From NCBI RefSeq assembly GCF_003704095.1, contig NW_020845831.1:1-64000 (forward strand): DNA of 64,000 bases. Direction: 5' to 3'. The DNA comes from Pocillopora damicornis. Lineage: Eukaryota. Below, piece after piece: positions 11,886 through 24,496 of this stretch. The translations under genes were made by a program, and so were the position numbers. The stretch's first letter is position 1. Each line of letters starts with the position of its first letter. The notes below the pieces were generated by a model, which saw only the letters and a list, made by a program, of their open reading frames with translations, did no database searches and was not told the DNA's origin.

Positions 11886-14800
11886 ATGGGCGAAGAATCG
11901 GTCGATATAAGCGTTATAGAATACTTCAAAACTGGAGAATCACTGGATAAGAAGAAGAAAAGGAAGATTCTTGACTTGTTCAAGTTTTTAGGGGGAGGAG
12001 AAAGCCCTACCGAAGCGGTGGAATTGACCGTCCGTCGAAATTGGAATCTTCGCGAAGCACAGCTGAAGGCCGTATATGAAATGGTAAAGCTTGTTGAAAA
12101 TCCACCAAGCTTGGTAAGTTTTAAGAGGAAAATATTTCCAGATTTTATCTCACTAAGAAGTGATTTATATAATTTACTTTCTTTGCGATACTTGGCGATG
12201 GATTTCAGAGTTCCTGGAAATCTATGATTGTGCGAAATTTAAATATAATCCGATGGAAGGTGCGACCCTCATGAACAACACGAATGTAAACTAACTAAGG
12301 AACGTTTGATCTGTTAGCCTTACTATGCAGTGCTTTTTAAAGATTTATGTCGATTTTCTTCCTTTAGATAGAGCGTGTTTTTATGAAAGTAAGAAAACGC
12401 AAAACTCTTTTTTGTGCCGATCATCCACCAGTAATCTAGATTTAGCCAACGATACATTCATAAGCTTTCAATTGAAGATATTCGAACAGTAAAGAGAAAA
12501 TGTTTTGCGTTCCTTTTGAGATGCAACCAAGACAAATACAGAATGTGGAAACTGAAATGGTGAACCATTGATGTAAGCATGTGTGGTCTCTTCATTTCGA
12601 AAGTTACGTACTGCAAATTGTTTAAATATACATGTATTTGCATGACGAATTACAAGAAATTGGTTTCAGTTTTACAGTGGCTGTGATATTGTTACTATGT
12701 ATAATGTACCCATTCATTGGTATGATTACCTAACTGGAAGAAGAATTTTAAAAGAGTTCACCAAAGGTGACTTTTGTGTGGAATAGCCCTCACATCAAAG
12801 AGCTTGAATAATTATTGAAAGAAGACAAAACAACACAGAATCAGTCTGGTTGTCTGTTTGAACCTTGGAGGATGTAATGGGCATTTTCCATTAATTGAGA
12901 TATCCTAATATCTGACAAGGCTTCAGTATTATAATAAGGTACATTTGTAATTAATTGAGCTCAAGGTTAAATGATGATATTGCTCCTTGCATGTCAAAAG
13001 GGAGTTCATACCTGAATAGTTCAACAATGAAATTTGAGCCGCAATTGCTATGTATAACCATCTGCATCAAAAAGAAACCTTGACAAATAATGCTCTAAAT
13101 TGGCGTGACTACTGTTCTGCACGCAATAGAGAGGTCCATCTTATTCGTAATGCCAAGTGCTCTTTTTACTGAAACTCAACAACAACCTTGAAAATCATAA
13201 AAATCTTTGGTGCATTATTTGTAGTCTTGCACCCTCCAAATGTTCCAAATTACCAAATCATCAACCATTGATGATAAGAACTATCATGATTATTATGATA
13301 TTGCCTACCTTTATAATGAGCACTTTGCCAATATCTTTTCCTTGAGGGCCTTCTATTACTTCCGTTAACACTCAGTTGAATGAAGTTGCTAGAACTGTAT
13401 CTACCTGAGCTGACAATAATCGTCATTCAACACTTCCAAAAGTAAATCTGTACTCCTTACGACTCTGTAGAAATGCAGTACTCTAACCAGCTCAGTGCTC
13501 AATGTCCAGATAGGTGGTAGATATATTGAGCAAGGGGACCATGCCAAGTTGCTTGGTGTAATGATAGATGGTAGCATGTCTTGGGAGCACCATATCAATA
13601 CAATCTGCTGCATGTTTAGCAGTAGGCTTTCTCTTCTCTGTGGTATCAAATCTTATCTCAACTTTGGTTCTGCTTTAAGATTCTATAACTCTTGTGTTAA
13701 CAACTACTTTATTTATTGTTCTGCTGTGTGGGAAAACTGCTTCCACCATCTCTTCTTATGACTCCTGTGTCTTTAGAAGCATGCTGGGTGTATAGGCCTT
13801 GATGCTGACTTCTCTTCGGCTTCTCTTTCTTTATTTCTGAAACTGAAGTGGATCCCCATTTTTGATCTCATTAAATACAGGAAACTTTTTCTTCTTTTCA
13901 GCATTCTCCTTAATACGAACGCTTCTAATTGCCTCAGGAACAGATTTCAGTTTCTTTCTGATTTGCATGGACCTTTGGGCTGTTATACAAGAGCCTCTCT
14001 CTATGACTTAAAAGGTGCTATACCCACATGGTAACTCTGGGAAATGCACACTTGCCTATAGTACTACTAAACTCATCAATGAACTCAGTTCTGACCTAAA
14101 AGAGTTCTCTACTTCTTCCTCTCTGTTGACATTCAAATTTCTTCCCTCCTCTCTCAAATCTAAATTACGAAATCTATTTCTCTCACATCTATCCTCTTCT
14201 GAGCATTTAGAGGATCTACTGTGTTCAATTTGCTGCTATTGTATTCATTGTTAATGTTCTTCATAATGCCAACCACAACCCCTGTTGAGTATTTTGTACA
14301 TATTTCACTCTCTTTTATCAATTTATATATTACAATTACGTGTTTTTAAGTTTTTAGTCAATTTAGATTTTAGAATTTTATTGCGTGTTATAGTTTATTC
14401 TACTTTAGATATCATTTCTCTTGTATGTATATTAAAATTTATTTTTGAGGGCTGTACGTTAGGAAACTAATAGGTTATTGCATTGCCCTTATTCATTCAT
14501 CATTCATTATCCAAGGGGAATCTGGGGGCATTTAATTTTTAGCATTCTTGGCTTTGAAAGGAGTACCAATCATAATAATTTTTATCAACCACAAAATTTT
14601 TTTTTTTGAACAAAAAGTTTTTCCTTAGATACTGTAGGCAGAATTGCACTTTGAATACCTTCCCAGCCTCTTATCTATTTTGTAACTCTCAGAAAATTTT
14701 GAAGCTCACGGTTTGTAATATACTTATTAAATGATCATTAATGAACAGCTAATAGGAAAAGAAGAGCAATCGGTTAGATTTTATGGGTATCCATGACACT

Positions 14801-17800
14801 GCTCACAGGCTAAACAGACTGCAGTAGAATGCTGATAACTAGCTTTTATTGAAACCCCTGTTATTGATGTCTTACTTTTTTGTCTTTCCCTCTTTTTTTT
14901 AGAAAACTGGAAGTCCTGAGAAAAAACTGGTTCTTAGTGTCCTTATTAGCTCAAATCTTCTCAGCTTTGTGGTTAGACTTCTTTGGATACGTGTTCCTAA
15001 TGAGTGCACAGAGAACAGTGAACCTTGGAATGCAGGATATTTTAATAGCCTGGTAGTCTTGAAACACATTTTGACTCTTCCTCAATATACTCAAACAAAC
15101 CGATCACAAATTACAGAATTGAATACTGTAGAAGCTGTGTTGGACTTCTGTGATGCTGACCTTGATCTTTTAGCATGTTATCCAGCAGTATGTGCGTTAA
15201 AAACTTTGAGTTGTTTGCACCGTGAAACTTGTGACAAAATCATCTCATTAAATGCACTCCCAAAGCTTGGAAACTTGATTTCAAAAGATAATTGTCAAAA
15301 AATGGTTGTCAAAGCCTATAGGCGAGGAGTACAGCCATATGAAAAACGTGTTTTACGTGATCGATATGATCAGTCTGAAGAAAACTTCAAAGATTTCACC
15401 GTTCCTTCCATTGCTGATAGAGAATTGAATGTTTTACGATCCTGGAGCTGGAAAATGCAGATGTCAGCTTCTATAGTAATTCTACAGGTAGGAGTACAGT
15501 ATTAAAGTGGATAACTTTGTAATTACTATGAATTTTTAAAATCTTTAAAATTATGTTCTGTGCTGGTAGAGCTGGAAACCCTCAAATTTGGAAAAATATA
15601 TCAGATAACCTACACCTGTATGATGGCAATGAAGTGTTGCACAACTGTCTGTAGTCTCAAAACTCAAATTTTGCTAAAGGTTGGCAAACATTTTTTGTTT
15701 TCACTGAACACAGGTATCCAAATAATACTCATAGAGCTTCTTGAGCGCTCTGGCACCAATAGCATCTGGCTTTTTATACATATCTTCAAAGGATCTAAAG
15801 GTTGATGCAAATTTCGAGCAAAGTGGTGTTAATTTACTTCATGATGCTAAAAGCAAGTGAGCTGGTGAATGTTGCAAACTGTAAGTTGTGTGTATACCAA
15901 AATTTATTTTTGATTTATTAATTTTCTTTCAAGGTTGCAGAACAGAGTGATAAATACAGAAAACTTGTTTATAAAGATAAAACAATATTAAAGGTAAGTT
16001 GCATTAAGTGAAATACCTACTAGGAGACTAGAACTTTAAATTGTTTTTGGTGCCTTGAGTATTATGTGTGTACTGTAGAATTCATCAGTTAAATTTCTGC
16101 TATAGCTGTACTGGTGCATAATGTACATGTAGGTGTACATAAATGGAAGTGTTCAAGCTGCATGCAGAAGTATGGGTGGTCAGAAAGTTAAAAAGGTTAA
16201 AGAACTTTTTGAAGTTGATGGCTAAATCATCTCAGTAGCAGAAGATACATTAGACATCTTCAGTAGCAGTAGAAACAGTAGACACAGTAGAGACTTCAGT
16301 AGCAGAAGACACAGTAAATATCTCAGTAGATTTAGTTACAGTAGACATAGTAGAGACTTCAGTAACAGAAGACACAGTAAATATCTCAGAAGCAGGAGAC
16401 ACAATAAACACCTCAGAAGTAGAAGACAGTCAACAGACATCTCAGTAGCAGAAGAGAGTCAATAGCAATCTCAGTTACTGTAGCAGAAGACACTGTACAC
16501 ATCTCAGTAGCAGGAGACATGGTAGACACCTCAGTAGCAGAAGACACGGTAGACATCTCAGTAGCATAAGGCACAGTTAAAGAATAAGAATAAGAAAGTA
16601 CCCTTAGACTGTACAGTTGTACCCCACATCTGAATGAAAAAATGTAGAGGGCCAGGCAGATAAATCTTTTATATTATCCAAAGAGTTGGCACTCTGGCCT
16701 GTGGTGTCCAATGAACACTCTGCCTTAGGTAGATGCTACACATGTTGTCTAAATGGAGTGGTTTGCCAACTTCAGGCACAGGTGAAATTTCTGGATATGT
16801 TTGTCTTTTAGGCCTTATTAAAACGGTTTAAAACTCCTGCAATAACTGCAAATGACTGCAACATGAGTGCAATGAGCATGAAGGTTGTTGGCATGTTGGG
16901 CCTGAGTGAGGAGTTATGTTGGCAGTTGATGGATGTGAATGGTATCATTAGATACCTGGAAGATGGAAGTATGTCAAATAAATATTGTTTTTCTTTCTAA
17001 ATGTGAATGAGAATATTCATAAATTTTTAATCATTGGCATTCAGAGATAAAATTTGCATTCATATGGTAGCCATACATTCTAATTATATTAGAGACAGGG
17101 AAACATGTAAACTTTCATCCTCCACTCCTTTTGAAGTAGATCACAATTTGATATTGCACGTGAATGGGTCATCAGTTTGTGAATGCAGGGTAAAACCCCT
17201 AATTGACAGAGCCAGAATAAACTCTTTCAGAAGGTGGGAAATCTTGTCCTTTTTCAACAAATTGTCTGGGGAATTTGATGATGGTACTGGGGGGGGGGGG
17301 AAGAACCTGCAAGGCTAGTGGCATTACTTGCAGAAGGAGCACTAGCACTTTCAGATGTATAATTCCCTAAATTTGGAAATGGCAATTATGGGGAGGTAGG
17401 CTTATAATATTAATACTTAAAAGGATTGTCAGAGATTTTGTTTGCATTAAATATGATTCTCAGATCATATAATTAAGTCTCAATGAGAATAATAAATTGT
17501 TGTGTTGTTATGTATGAGTCCAATCCATTGCCAGTTGCTGTCTCTACCCAGCAATTTAAAGACCCTCCTATATGATTGTTATTAGTTTTTCTTTAAAGAA
17601 ATATGACTGTGAATTATGTAATCCTTGGTCTTGAGATTGTTTTAATGTGTTCATCATCATCATGATAAAGAGGGATTCCTCAAGTGATAAAATATGTTTT
17701 CTTCCCTCTAAATTTCTGTAGTCCTTTTGCCTGACAATGGACCACTAAATTCATATTTGGAGACAATACTGCAGATGTCCACACACAGTGGTCGCTGTAG

Positions 17801-20800
17801 AAACAGATTACTGGAGAGTGAGGTAAATGCAAAGCTGAACCTACATGTTGCAACTGCTTGTAGTGAAATGTTCAGTTCTTTTTATGTTCGACTTTGTGAA
17901 ACCATTGTGAATTACTGACTAGCAATGTTCATTCTTTGTCCTCAAATACGAACCAAAAGTATGAGAAACCAATTACAAGGTCTTACCTTTTTATAAACAG
18001 GGTGATGAAGATCAAATCTTATTGTGGTAGATGTAATGCTCAGCTAATCTTTTTCTTTCAGTGGAGAATGTACTTTTCAGTAACTGTAGAAACTGTGCTC
18101 CATTTTCTCAATCCGTACTCCACAGAATTTTTGTAGATGTTGTTTCAATTGTGTTAATACATTTTGTAACATCACTGCAGGAAATTATCCATGCACTTGG
18201 AAGATACATGTTCTCTTTCCACAAGGAGGTAAGTACATGTACCATTCTTTTTTTTCTAGGTTTCTTTACTCCTGTTCAAATTGAATAGTCAATGCTTTCT
18301 GGACATACACTTTTATACCAGATGCTCTGGCATTTTCTTTTCTTTCAAGAACCTCCATTCAGATTCTATTTTTTGTAACTTTGTGTTCTCTCATCAGCCA
18401 GCACCAGTTGTTTCAGAGTGCATTCTCTTATCTCTGGCTTTAACTTTGAGATTTGATCGATTTATAACTTTTTCCAACCATACCAATACCTTCTAGTGAA
18501 GTGATGAGAATTACATTAAGCGAATATATCAGATAAAAAAGTGTTATCTTGATTTAATACCAAATTATGTCCTTATCTTTGAGGTAATGCATGGCAGGTT
18601 GAAAAGGAGAATTCCATTTTAAAGGGTTGTGAAGGAGCTTTCACTGTTCTTCATTTTGAGTCCAAAACAATTCAAACATGAGTGAATCAAACGGGGTTTG
18701 CATACTATTTCCATAATCTCTCATGTGCTGCAGATTGAAGGCCCAGCCCTACGTACCATTGCAAACCTGGCAGAGTCTGAAGACCTGGCTAAGAACTTAA
18801 TAAAGTGTGGTGTAACTCCAAAAAGTATGGCCATAGTCATCACTTACCATCAGGTATCAGCACTGGAATTTGCATTATTTTTTTATTTATTTTTAATTTG
18901 AAGACTTTGTATGAGTCTTGCATATAAATGGACATTGGTAAAATGTAACATTTACCTATGCTGTCTTAATTAGACTACACATGTGAGCGTCAGTTTATCC
19001 ATTGATTATGGTTTTTTTTATTCTTAAAGCATTCTTCTCGCCAAATTGCTGAAAAGATAGAAAAAATCCTGCAGCGTACCTGTGAAAAGTAAGTCAAGAT
19101 TTAGATTACAACAGTCTTCCTCTGCTCACAGGTGTTGCACTTAGTAAACCCTATAGGTGATCAGATTGCTTTCAGGGAACTATGAACTCATCATAACAGG
19201 CCTCACTCCCAATGCGAGGCTTCGTTTCGCTTTGTAGCTCAGGTGGTAATAACACCTCTACAACATTTGGAAGGTAGAGGTGCAATCCCTTTTGAGGGCT
19301 GCATTTTTTTCAGAGCCTCTATATTTTTTGCAATGTTTTCAATCGCAGTTCGGTCATCACTTGCAATGCTTTTCAAGGTGGTTTGATAACTAGCTGTAAA
19401 TACCTAGATGTTAAGCATGTTGGATCTTACAAGCTGTTAACGAGAGGGTGAACCAGTTTTTTCATGTACTTTTGAAGCTCTCAGGTTACAGATTCAGGTT
19501 AAAGTGGCAGTATAGTCAGTGCGTCAGACTCCATAAGCAGTAGTCTGGTTTTGAGTCTTGCAAAGGTCATCGTGTTGTGCTCCTCACTAACAGTTTGTTC
19601 AGAAAAGCACGCTGTAACAAAAACGGGAGATTCGCCATTTTGTTTTAGCCAAAATCAGCTTGGCAGAATCAACGATTTTGACGAATTTTAGTCAAATTCG
19701 TCAAAGCGAAATTATCTTGGCAGATTTGACGATTTTGACGAATTTTCGCCATTTCGTTACTGCTCGCATTTTTGGACTTATCTCTTATTCTTTAGCCAAA
19801 CACTTCACTCTTGCAGTGCCCTTCACCTCTAAGGAGTATCAATGGGTATTAAAAACCCCTCTGGGAAACCTGACAAAATCTTGGGCGGTTACCTGCGATG
19901 GACTGGCTTTCCTTGTTGGGGGAATGCTATTACTCGCCGTCGCTTAGTGATACAGAAATGGGCGATCACGACAGGGAGATGTGTGTTACTCGGTTCTAAG
20001 ATACAACCTCGCGATAGAGAGGTAAATTTGTTTGGAATTAACATTTTCCCACTTGGAAATCTCTTTATAGAGAATGGAAAGAAGAGGAGGTAGCATTTGG
20101 TAGCAAACAGCGTATTGAATTCTTCTCACGTCTGGACGAAGATCAGGCGCAAAGTCTAAAGGATCAAGGCAACAAAAAGTTTAAACAGGGCTCGTTTGAC
20201 GAAGCAGTGAAACTTTACACTGAAGCATTGAACTGTGTTCCTTACTGCTTAGAAGTGAACAATGCTAGAAAAGATGGATCACGTTGGTAAAGAAAAATTT
20301 ATTTGTTTTCCAACGCGTGGAGAAACTAATAGTTTTCGTTTATGGAGTCGTGAGATTCATGTTAAGGTCTGCCCTCGACGGCAATGGTCTTTACGTTGTG
20401 TTCCTAAACACAGTTTTTAAACTCAGGATAGTCCGCCTCTCAACTCAAGTAGTTTGCATGAAAGCAGCTCCTGGCGAACTTGATGACATTTAGTTTTTAC
20501 GTTAAGTTTAACCCTTAAACTTCAATGCGTTACCAAGACAGAATTTCTCCTTACATTAAAAATTCTATGTCGAGCAGACTAGTGATAAGAATGAATAGCA
20601 GTATCAATTAGGGGATTATTAGTTGATCCAATACCAAATTCTCCTAACGAAGATCATAAGAATTGTATGGCAAACTTTTAGGAGAATCCCGATTTTATAC
20701 TGGGTGTGTTGGGGAGGGGGAAGCATGAAGAAAGAGTTCGTCAGGCTGTTAGATAGTGTAATCTCATCGCCAGGACGAGAGAACTAAAGCAAAAGTCATA

Positions 20801-22484
20801 ATTTGCGTCAAGAGACCCAATTAATGCCAATGATCACCTCTGCTTAGGTGAACGAATTACATGTGTATGTAATTGAGAAAGTCCCTTTTGGGACCACGGG
20901 ATAAACTGGTGCTCCTGAGTTGAAGCTATTTTACTAATTGATTCTTAATCTGTCATCGACTTTCATATCTGGCCGAAAACTGACGAGCTAGAGAGTGGCA
21001 TGCGAAATCTTCAGTCGTTGTTTATCTTTTTCTTTTTTTTTTTTTCCTTCCAGGTGGGTTTTACCAGCCGTGTTGTACAGTAACCGTGCGCAGTGCCATT
21101 TGAATAACTCTGACTGGGAGAGTGCCTTGAAGGACTGTAACGAAGCAATGGCAAGGTGCCTTGAAGGTGCATAGCAAATAACTAATGTTGGCTCGTTCGT
21201 TTGTTTTCTTGACATTTTGCGCTTCTTTCTTTTCCTTTTTTCCTTTTTTTCTCAGTTTCCGTTCATATGTCTGCTTGCTCTTTACTATAGTCCGGTGAAA
21301 GTGTAGAAGATCTGTTCCATTTAATAATAGACATCAGCCTGTGAGGTCTTTAACTACTGAATATTGACATAAATTTAACACAAGCTCGTGTGTCCCAGGT
21401 CGGTGAATAATTACGACAATAAATTATCGTCGACTAGAAGCATTAATTCAACTGATATTTAAGTTTCTCTAAACTTTTATTTTCAGACAACGATGAGTCC
21501 GAAAAAATACTTCTAAAAACTATGTTCCGTCGCTCTAGAGCATGGATGGAATTAGGCTATCTCTTCAGAGCACTGAATGATATTTCTCACTGTCTGAGAA
21601 ACCAGACGCCCGGTGAAAGTAATTTCCAGTCATATTACTGGGAGGTGAGAATGACAAACATGCATTATTATCTTTACGAAAGATATCAATGTCTTGGCAG
21701 TTGAGCGGGGATTGTGCAGTGGTAGCCAGAAGACAGGGGTAAATTTTAGCGTTTTTCCGGCCAGCGGAGGTAGTTGTTAGTGCGACGCCAGTGCGAGGTG
21801 TGCGCGAGGGAAGAAGAGGAACAAAATACACCCCTCCCACCCTCTCCCTAGCGCTCCTCCTGCTCGCCCAATTAAGCTAAAGATGGCGCGTGTTTCACAG
21901 GGTAGTGCTGTGATGAAAGAGGTCAAATCACGTGTTGAAGCCGCGCAAAGACTAGTTCCTCCTTGATAATGAGGGGTGGAGACACAGTTAGGGTAGTTGT
22001 AAGAAATTGTCAACCCTTTACTCCGTAATATCAGTATGCATATTCTCCATTCTGTTCTCCATATATTCCCCTAGGCACTGATAAGGAGAATTTGTTTAAC
22101 AATAAAGAGCTTCTTTCCATGGATCGCGCGACCTTAGTGTATGATTCAGGGGTGACATTGTCGAGAGAAATTAGATGCTGGTCACTCGAAGGAGCCCAAG
22201 GGTTAATAAAACAAGGGAACACATTGTGATTCTTGTGGTTTTTCCGTTATTTCTTCCTCTCCGTGATTGATGAAATGGCAACGCTAATGTTTGTTCATAT
22301 GTTCCAGATTATGGTCAAGTACCGCAGTACATGTGGCATAGAACCTATCCGTCGCTGTGGTAACTGTGTTGGTGGAGAAGGGGACAAGTTGAAAAGATGT
22401 GGAAACTGTGACGAGGTCTACTGCAGCCGTGAGTGCCAAGTGTTTGCTTGGGAACTGGGTCATAAGACTTATTGCAAAAAGTGA
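11886..22484 (+). CDS. ~690-aa protein: ARM-like helical repeats + 3 TPR motifs + C-terminal MYND zinc finger; exons 11886-12113, 14903-15487, 15934-15993, 16812-16968, 17722-17822, ~18126-18228, 18734-18853, 19030-19088, 20071-20286, 21054-21166, 21487-21644, 22308-22484
   Basis: TPR1 AQSLKDQGNKKFKQGSFDEAVKLYTEAL, TPR2 LYSNRAQCHL, TPR3 KTMFRRSRAW. MYND CGNC-x10-CGNC-EVYCSRECQVFAWELGHKTYC. ARM-like ALRTIANLA and AVCALKTLS. Splice phases are consistent except at the 17822/18126 junction. Confidence 0.8.
12950..14508 (+). mobile_element. Degenerate non-LTR retrotransposon (L2/CR1-group LINE), 3' RT portion, in intron 1
   Basis: HAKLLGVMIDGSMSWEHHINTIC...LRFYNSCVNNYFIYCSAVW is typical of the L2/CR1-group RT C-terminus. 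Many stops; ends in an (ATTC)n-like tail at ~14490-14508. Confidence 0.8.
16225..16580 (+). repeat. Intronic minisatellite, ~27-bp unit CTCAGTAGCAGAAGACACAGTAGACAT, about 12 copies
   Basis: Directly visible degenerate tandem units. Confidence 0.9.
19180..19370 (+). mobile_element. tRNA-derived SINE remnant
   Basis: A-box-like TAGCTCAGGTGGT and B-box-like GGTGCAATCCC followed by TTTTTTTCAG; related copies at ~51405-51530 (+) and ~45590-45690 (-). Confidence 0.6.
19500..19995 (+). mobile_element. Second tRNA-derived (CORE-like) SINE interrupted by a ~200-bp insertion (~19590-19790)
   Basis: Head GGCAGTATAGTCAGTGCGTCAGACTCC...GGTCATCGTGTTGTG resumes after the insertion as CACTTCACTCTTGCAGTGCC...GGAGTATCAATGGGTA...CCTGCGATGGACTGGC. 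Confidence 0.5.
20507..20706. mobile_element. Degenerate piggyBac-type MITE (family related to 24167-24377)
   Basis: Starts TTAACCCTTAAAC; shares GACAGAATTTCTCCTTAC and GTTGATCCAATACCAAATTCT with the 24167 copy. Confidence 0.65.
22010..22206. mobile_element. Degenerate piggyBac-type MITE (reverse orientation relative to 23322 copy)
   Basis: Ends AACCCTTTA...AAGGGTTAA; internal sequence is reverse-complement-like to 23322-23534. Confidence 0.65.
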
Positions 22485-22788
22485 GAAAAACGGAAAAAGA
22501 GACAGTAAGATTTCCGGTATACACTTGAAATAGTAATACCTCGAAACAACTATCGTTGTTAACCACCGAAAATTGTTCTTTGCGGCCGGATATAAGATTT
22601 TTCGTGTTTAAAAAACTCAAAAAAGATATGTTTAAGTTTTAAGATAAGGGAAAAGCAAAACATTGAAAAAATCTCACAGGACTAAGGAATCTACACTATC
22701 GCTGCTTGCTTTTACCGGTGAACTAAAAGAAGGTTAGTTCTTTTTATTCGAGAAAACAAGAACTCCTGAGGTAAATTTCATGCGCATG

Positions 22789-23030
22789 CTAGAAGCGCCT
22801 ATGATGCGGCTTTTGATAGATGGGAGTAGATATGGCAACTAAATGTCGGCCACTGTGACCTTTACCAGGCGTATTGATAGTAAACGGACGCAAAAATAGC
22901 ATGGGGTGAAGGAGGGAGGTAGGTTTTTTTGGGTCGCGGAAGGAATGCTTCTTTGTCGCGGTGTTTGTCGCTTTGTTAGTCGCGGTGACTAACAATCTAG
23001 ATGGTGGGAACATCTTTTTGCATGGTACTA
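22789..23030 (-). mobile_element. Possible non-autonomous Helitron-type element
   Basis: On the minus strand it ends AAGCCGCATCATAGGCGCTT-CTAG, a GC hairpin immediately followed by CTAG, as in Helitron 3' ends. 5' end not well defined. Confidence 0.4.
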
Positions 23031-23164
23031 CCTGGAAACGTTATCTTTATTTAGCGAATATGACTTTTCATTTTCATTTTGTTCATTGCTTAATTTGTTT
23101 GCTGTAATTTTAATTTAGTTATGGAGTATCCAAAGTCATTGATACGATCATTAGTCAATAGGAT

Positions 23165-23660
23165 TTATATAATAGGCTACATTTTGATTGCTTTTTACTT
23201 ATGATATTAGAGTACGGACGCATAGATGACGTCACCATCGACACATTTCGCTTCTATACTATATAAGTGAAATAGATTCCAGGTTGCCGTGCTTCTGTTC
23301 AGTCATAGATCACTAAAGACGTTAACCCTTTAACCCCTAAGAGTGACTAGCATCTAATTTCTCCCTACAATACAGCCCTTGAAACAAACAGTAAGGTCAT
23401 GAGAATAGCGGAAATGATCACTAACTAAAGCGGCTACTGATTATTAAACAAAATTCTCTTTGTCAACACCTTTGTAAATGTTTAATGAATAGTATGGAGA
23501 ATATTGATACTGATGTTAGGGGGTAAAGGGTTAACATGTTTTGAAACATCAGTGATACATTCAGCTTCATGTTACTTTGTTTTTTTTTCCTACCGCATTT
23601 TGACGTCGTCCGTGATCTGTTACTGAAAGACGGCACGGAAACATGGCATCTGTTTGTTAC
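23165..23660. mobile_element. Palindromic non-autonomous element interrupted by a piggyBac-type MITE at 23322-23534
   Basis: Host arms AGATTCCAGGTTGCCGTGCTTCTGTTCAGTCATAGATCAC (~23275-23315) and GTGATCTGTTACTGAAAGACGGCACGGAAACATGGCATCT (~23612-23651) are inverted. The inner element has TTAA on both sides and CCCTTTAACCCCTAA/TTAGGGGGTAAAGGG TIRs. Confidence 0.75.
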
Positions 23661-24100
23661 TGTTGAGAGTACTGCCAGCAACTGAACGGGACGTTGCTCT
23701 AAAATGTGGTCGATTCATTTAGCAGTTCAGCATTTGGCATTTGGATATTGGGCGTCGTCTGTCCATATTTCCTGATAATTTCAGTTTTTTTTTTACGTTT
23801 GTGTTTGTAAATATATATAGCCATGGATATGTAACTAAAAACGTCATCTCCTAAAGCCTATTTGATTGCCAACGACTGGGCCTCCCCTCAGGGATGCATT
23901 CAATAACTTTGCTTTACCACAAAAGTGAGCTTTTAGTGGAACAATTGTTCCTAGGAGCCACTCGGCCGTAGGCTTTACGTTTGATTGAATTGTGTTACCT
24001 TAGTGTAGACGTTGGTATCGTTGTTAACAGGCAAGGCTTAGTGTTCTATGATACATTGTGACTCAACTGAAACACGTCAGTTCGTGTACCGAAGTGGTTC

Positions 24101-24496
24101 ACCATTTTAACCCTAAGAGTGATCAGCATCTTATTTCTCCTAACAGTCGTACTGCTGAATCATTCATTAACCTTTAACTCCCATGAGTGACCAGGACAGA
24201 ATTTCTCCTTACAATAACAATACAATATCAAGCAGACAAGTGACGAAAATAAAGACAAATATCAATTTGTCTTTATATAAGTTGATCCAATACCAAATTC
24301 TGAAAACTAACATCACAAGAACAGAATGGCAGATAGTAAGGAGACTTGCTAGTGAGATCTTGGGAGTTAATGGTCAATGATCGCCAACCTAAGAAGCTCA
24401 GACTGTTGAACGAACTCCTCTTGTTAGTACTGAACGAAACGTACAGAGAAGTGTTGGAGAATATAAATACTGACGCTGGGGTGTAAAGGGTCTTAA
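24101..24496. mobile_element. Nested piggyBac-type MITEs (inner 24167-24377 inserted at an internal TTAA of the outer)
   Basis: Outer matches the 23322 and 36348 copies on both sides; inner starts TTAACCTTTAACTCCCA and ends TGGGAGTTAATGGTCAA. Confidence 0.75.

Noticed and set aside
19232-19310. tRNA gene
   Set aside because: Only degenerate A/B boxes and no cloverleaf; the downstream body is shared with other dispersed copies, so it is a SINE head.
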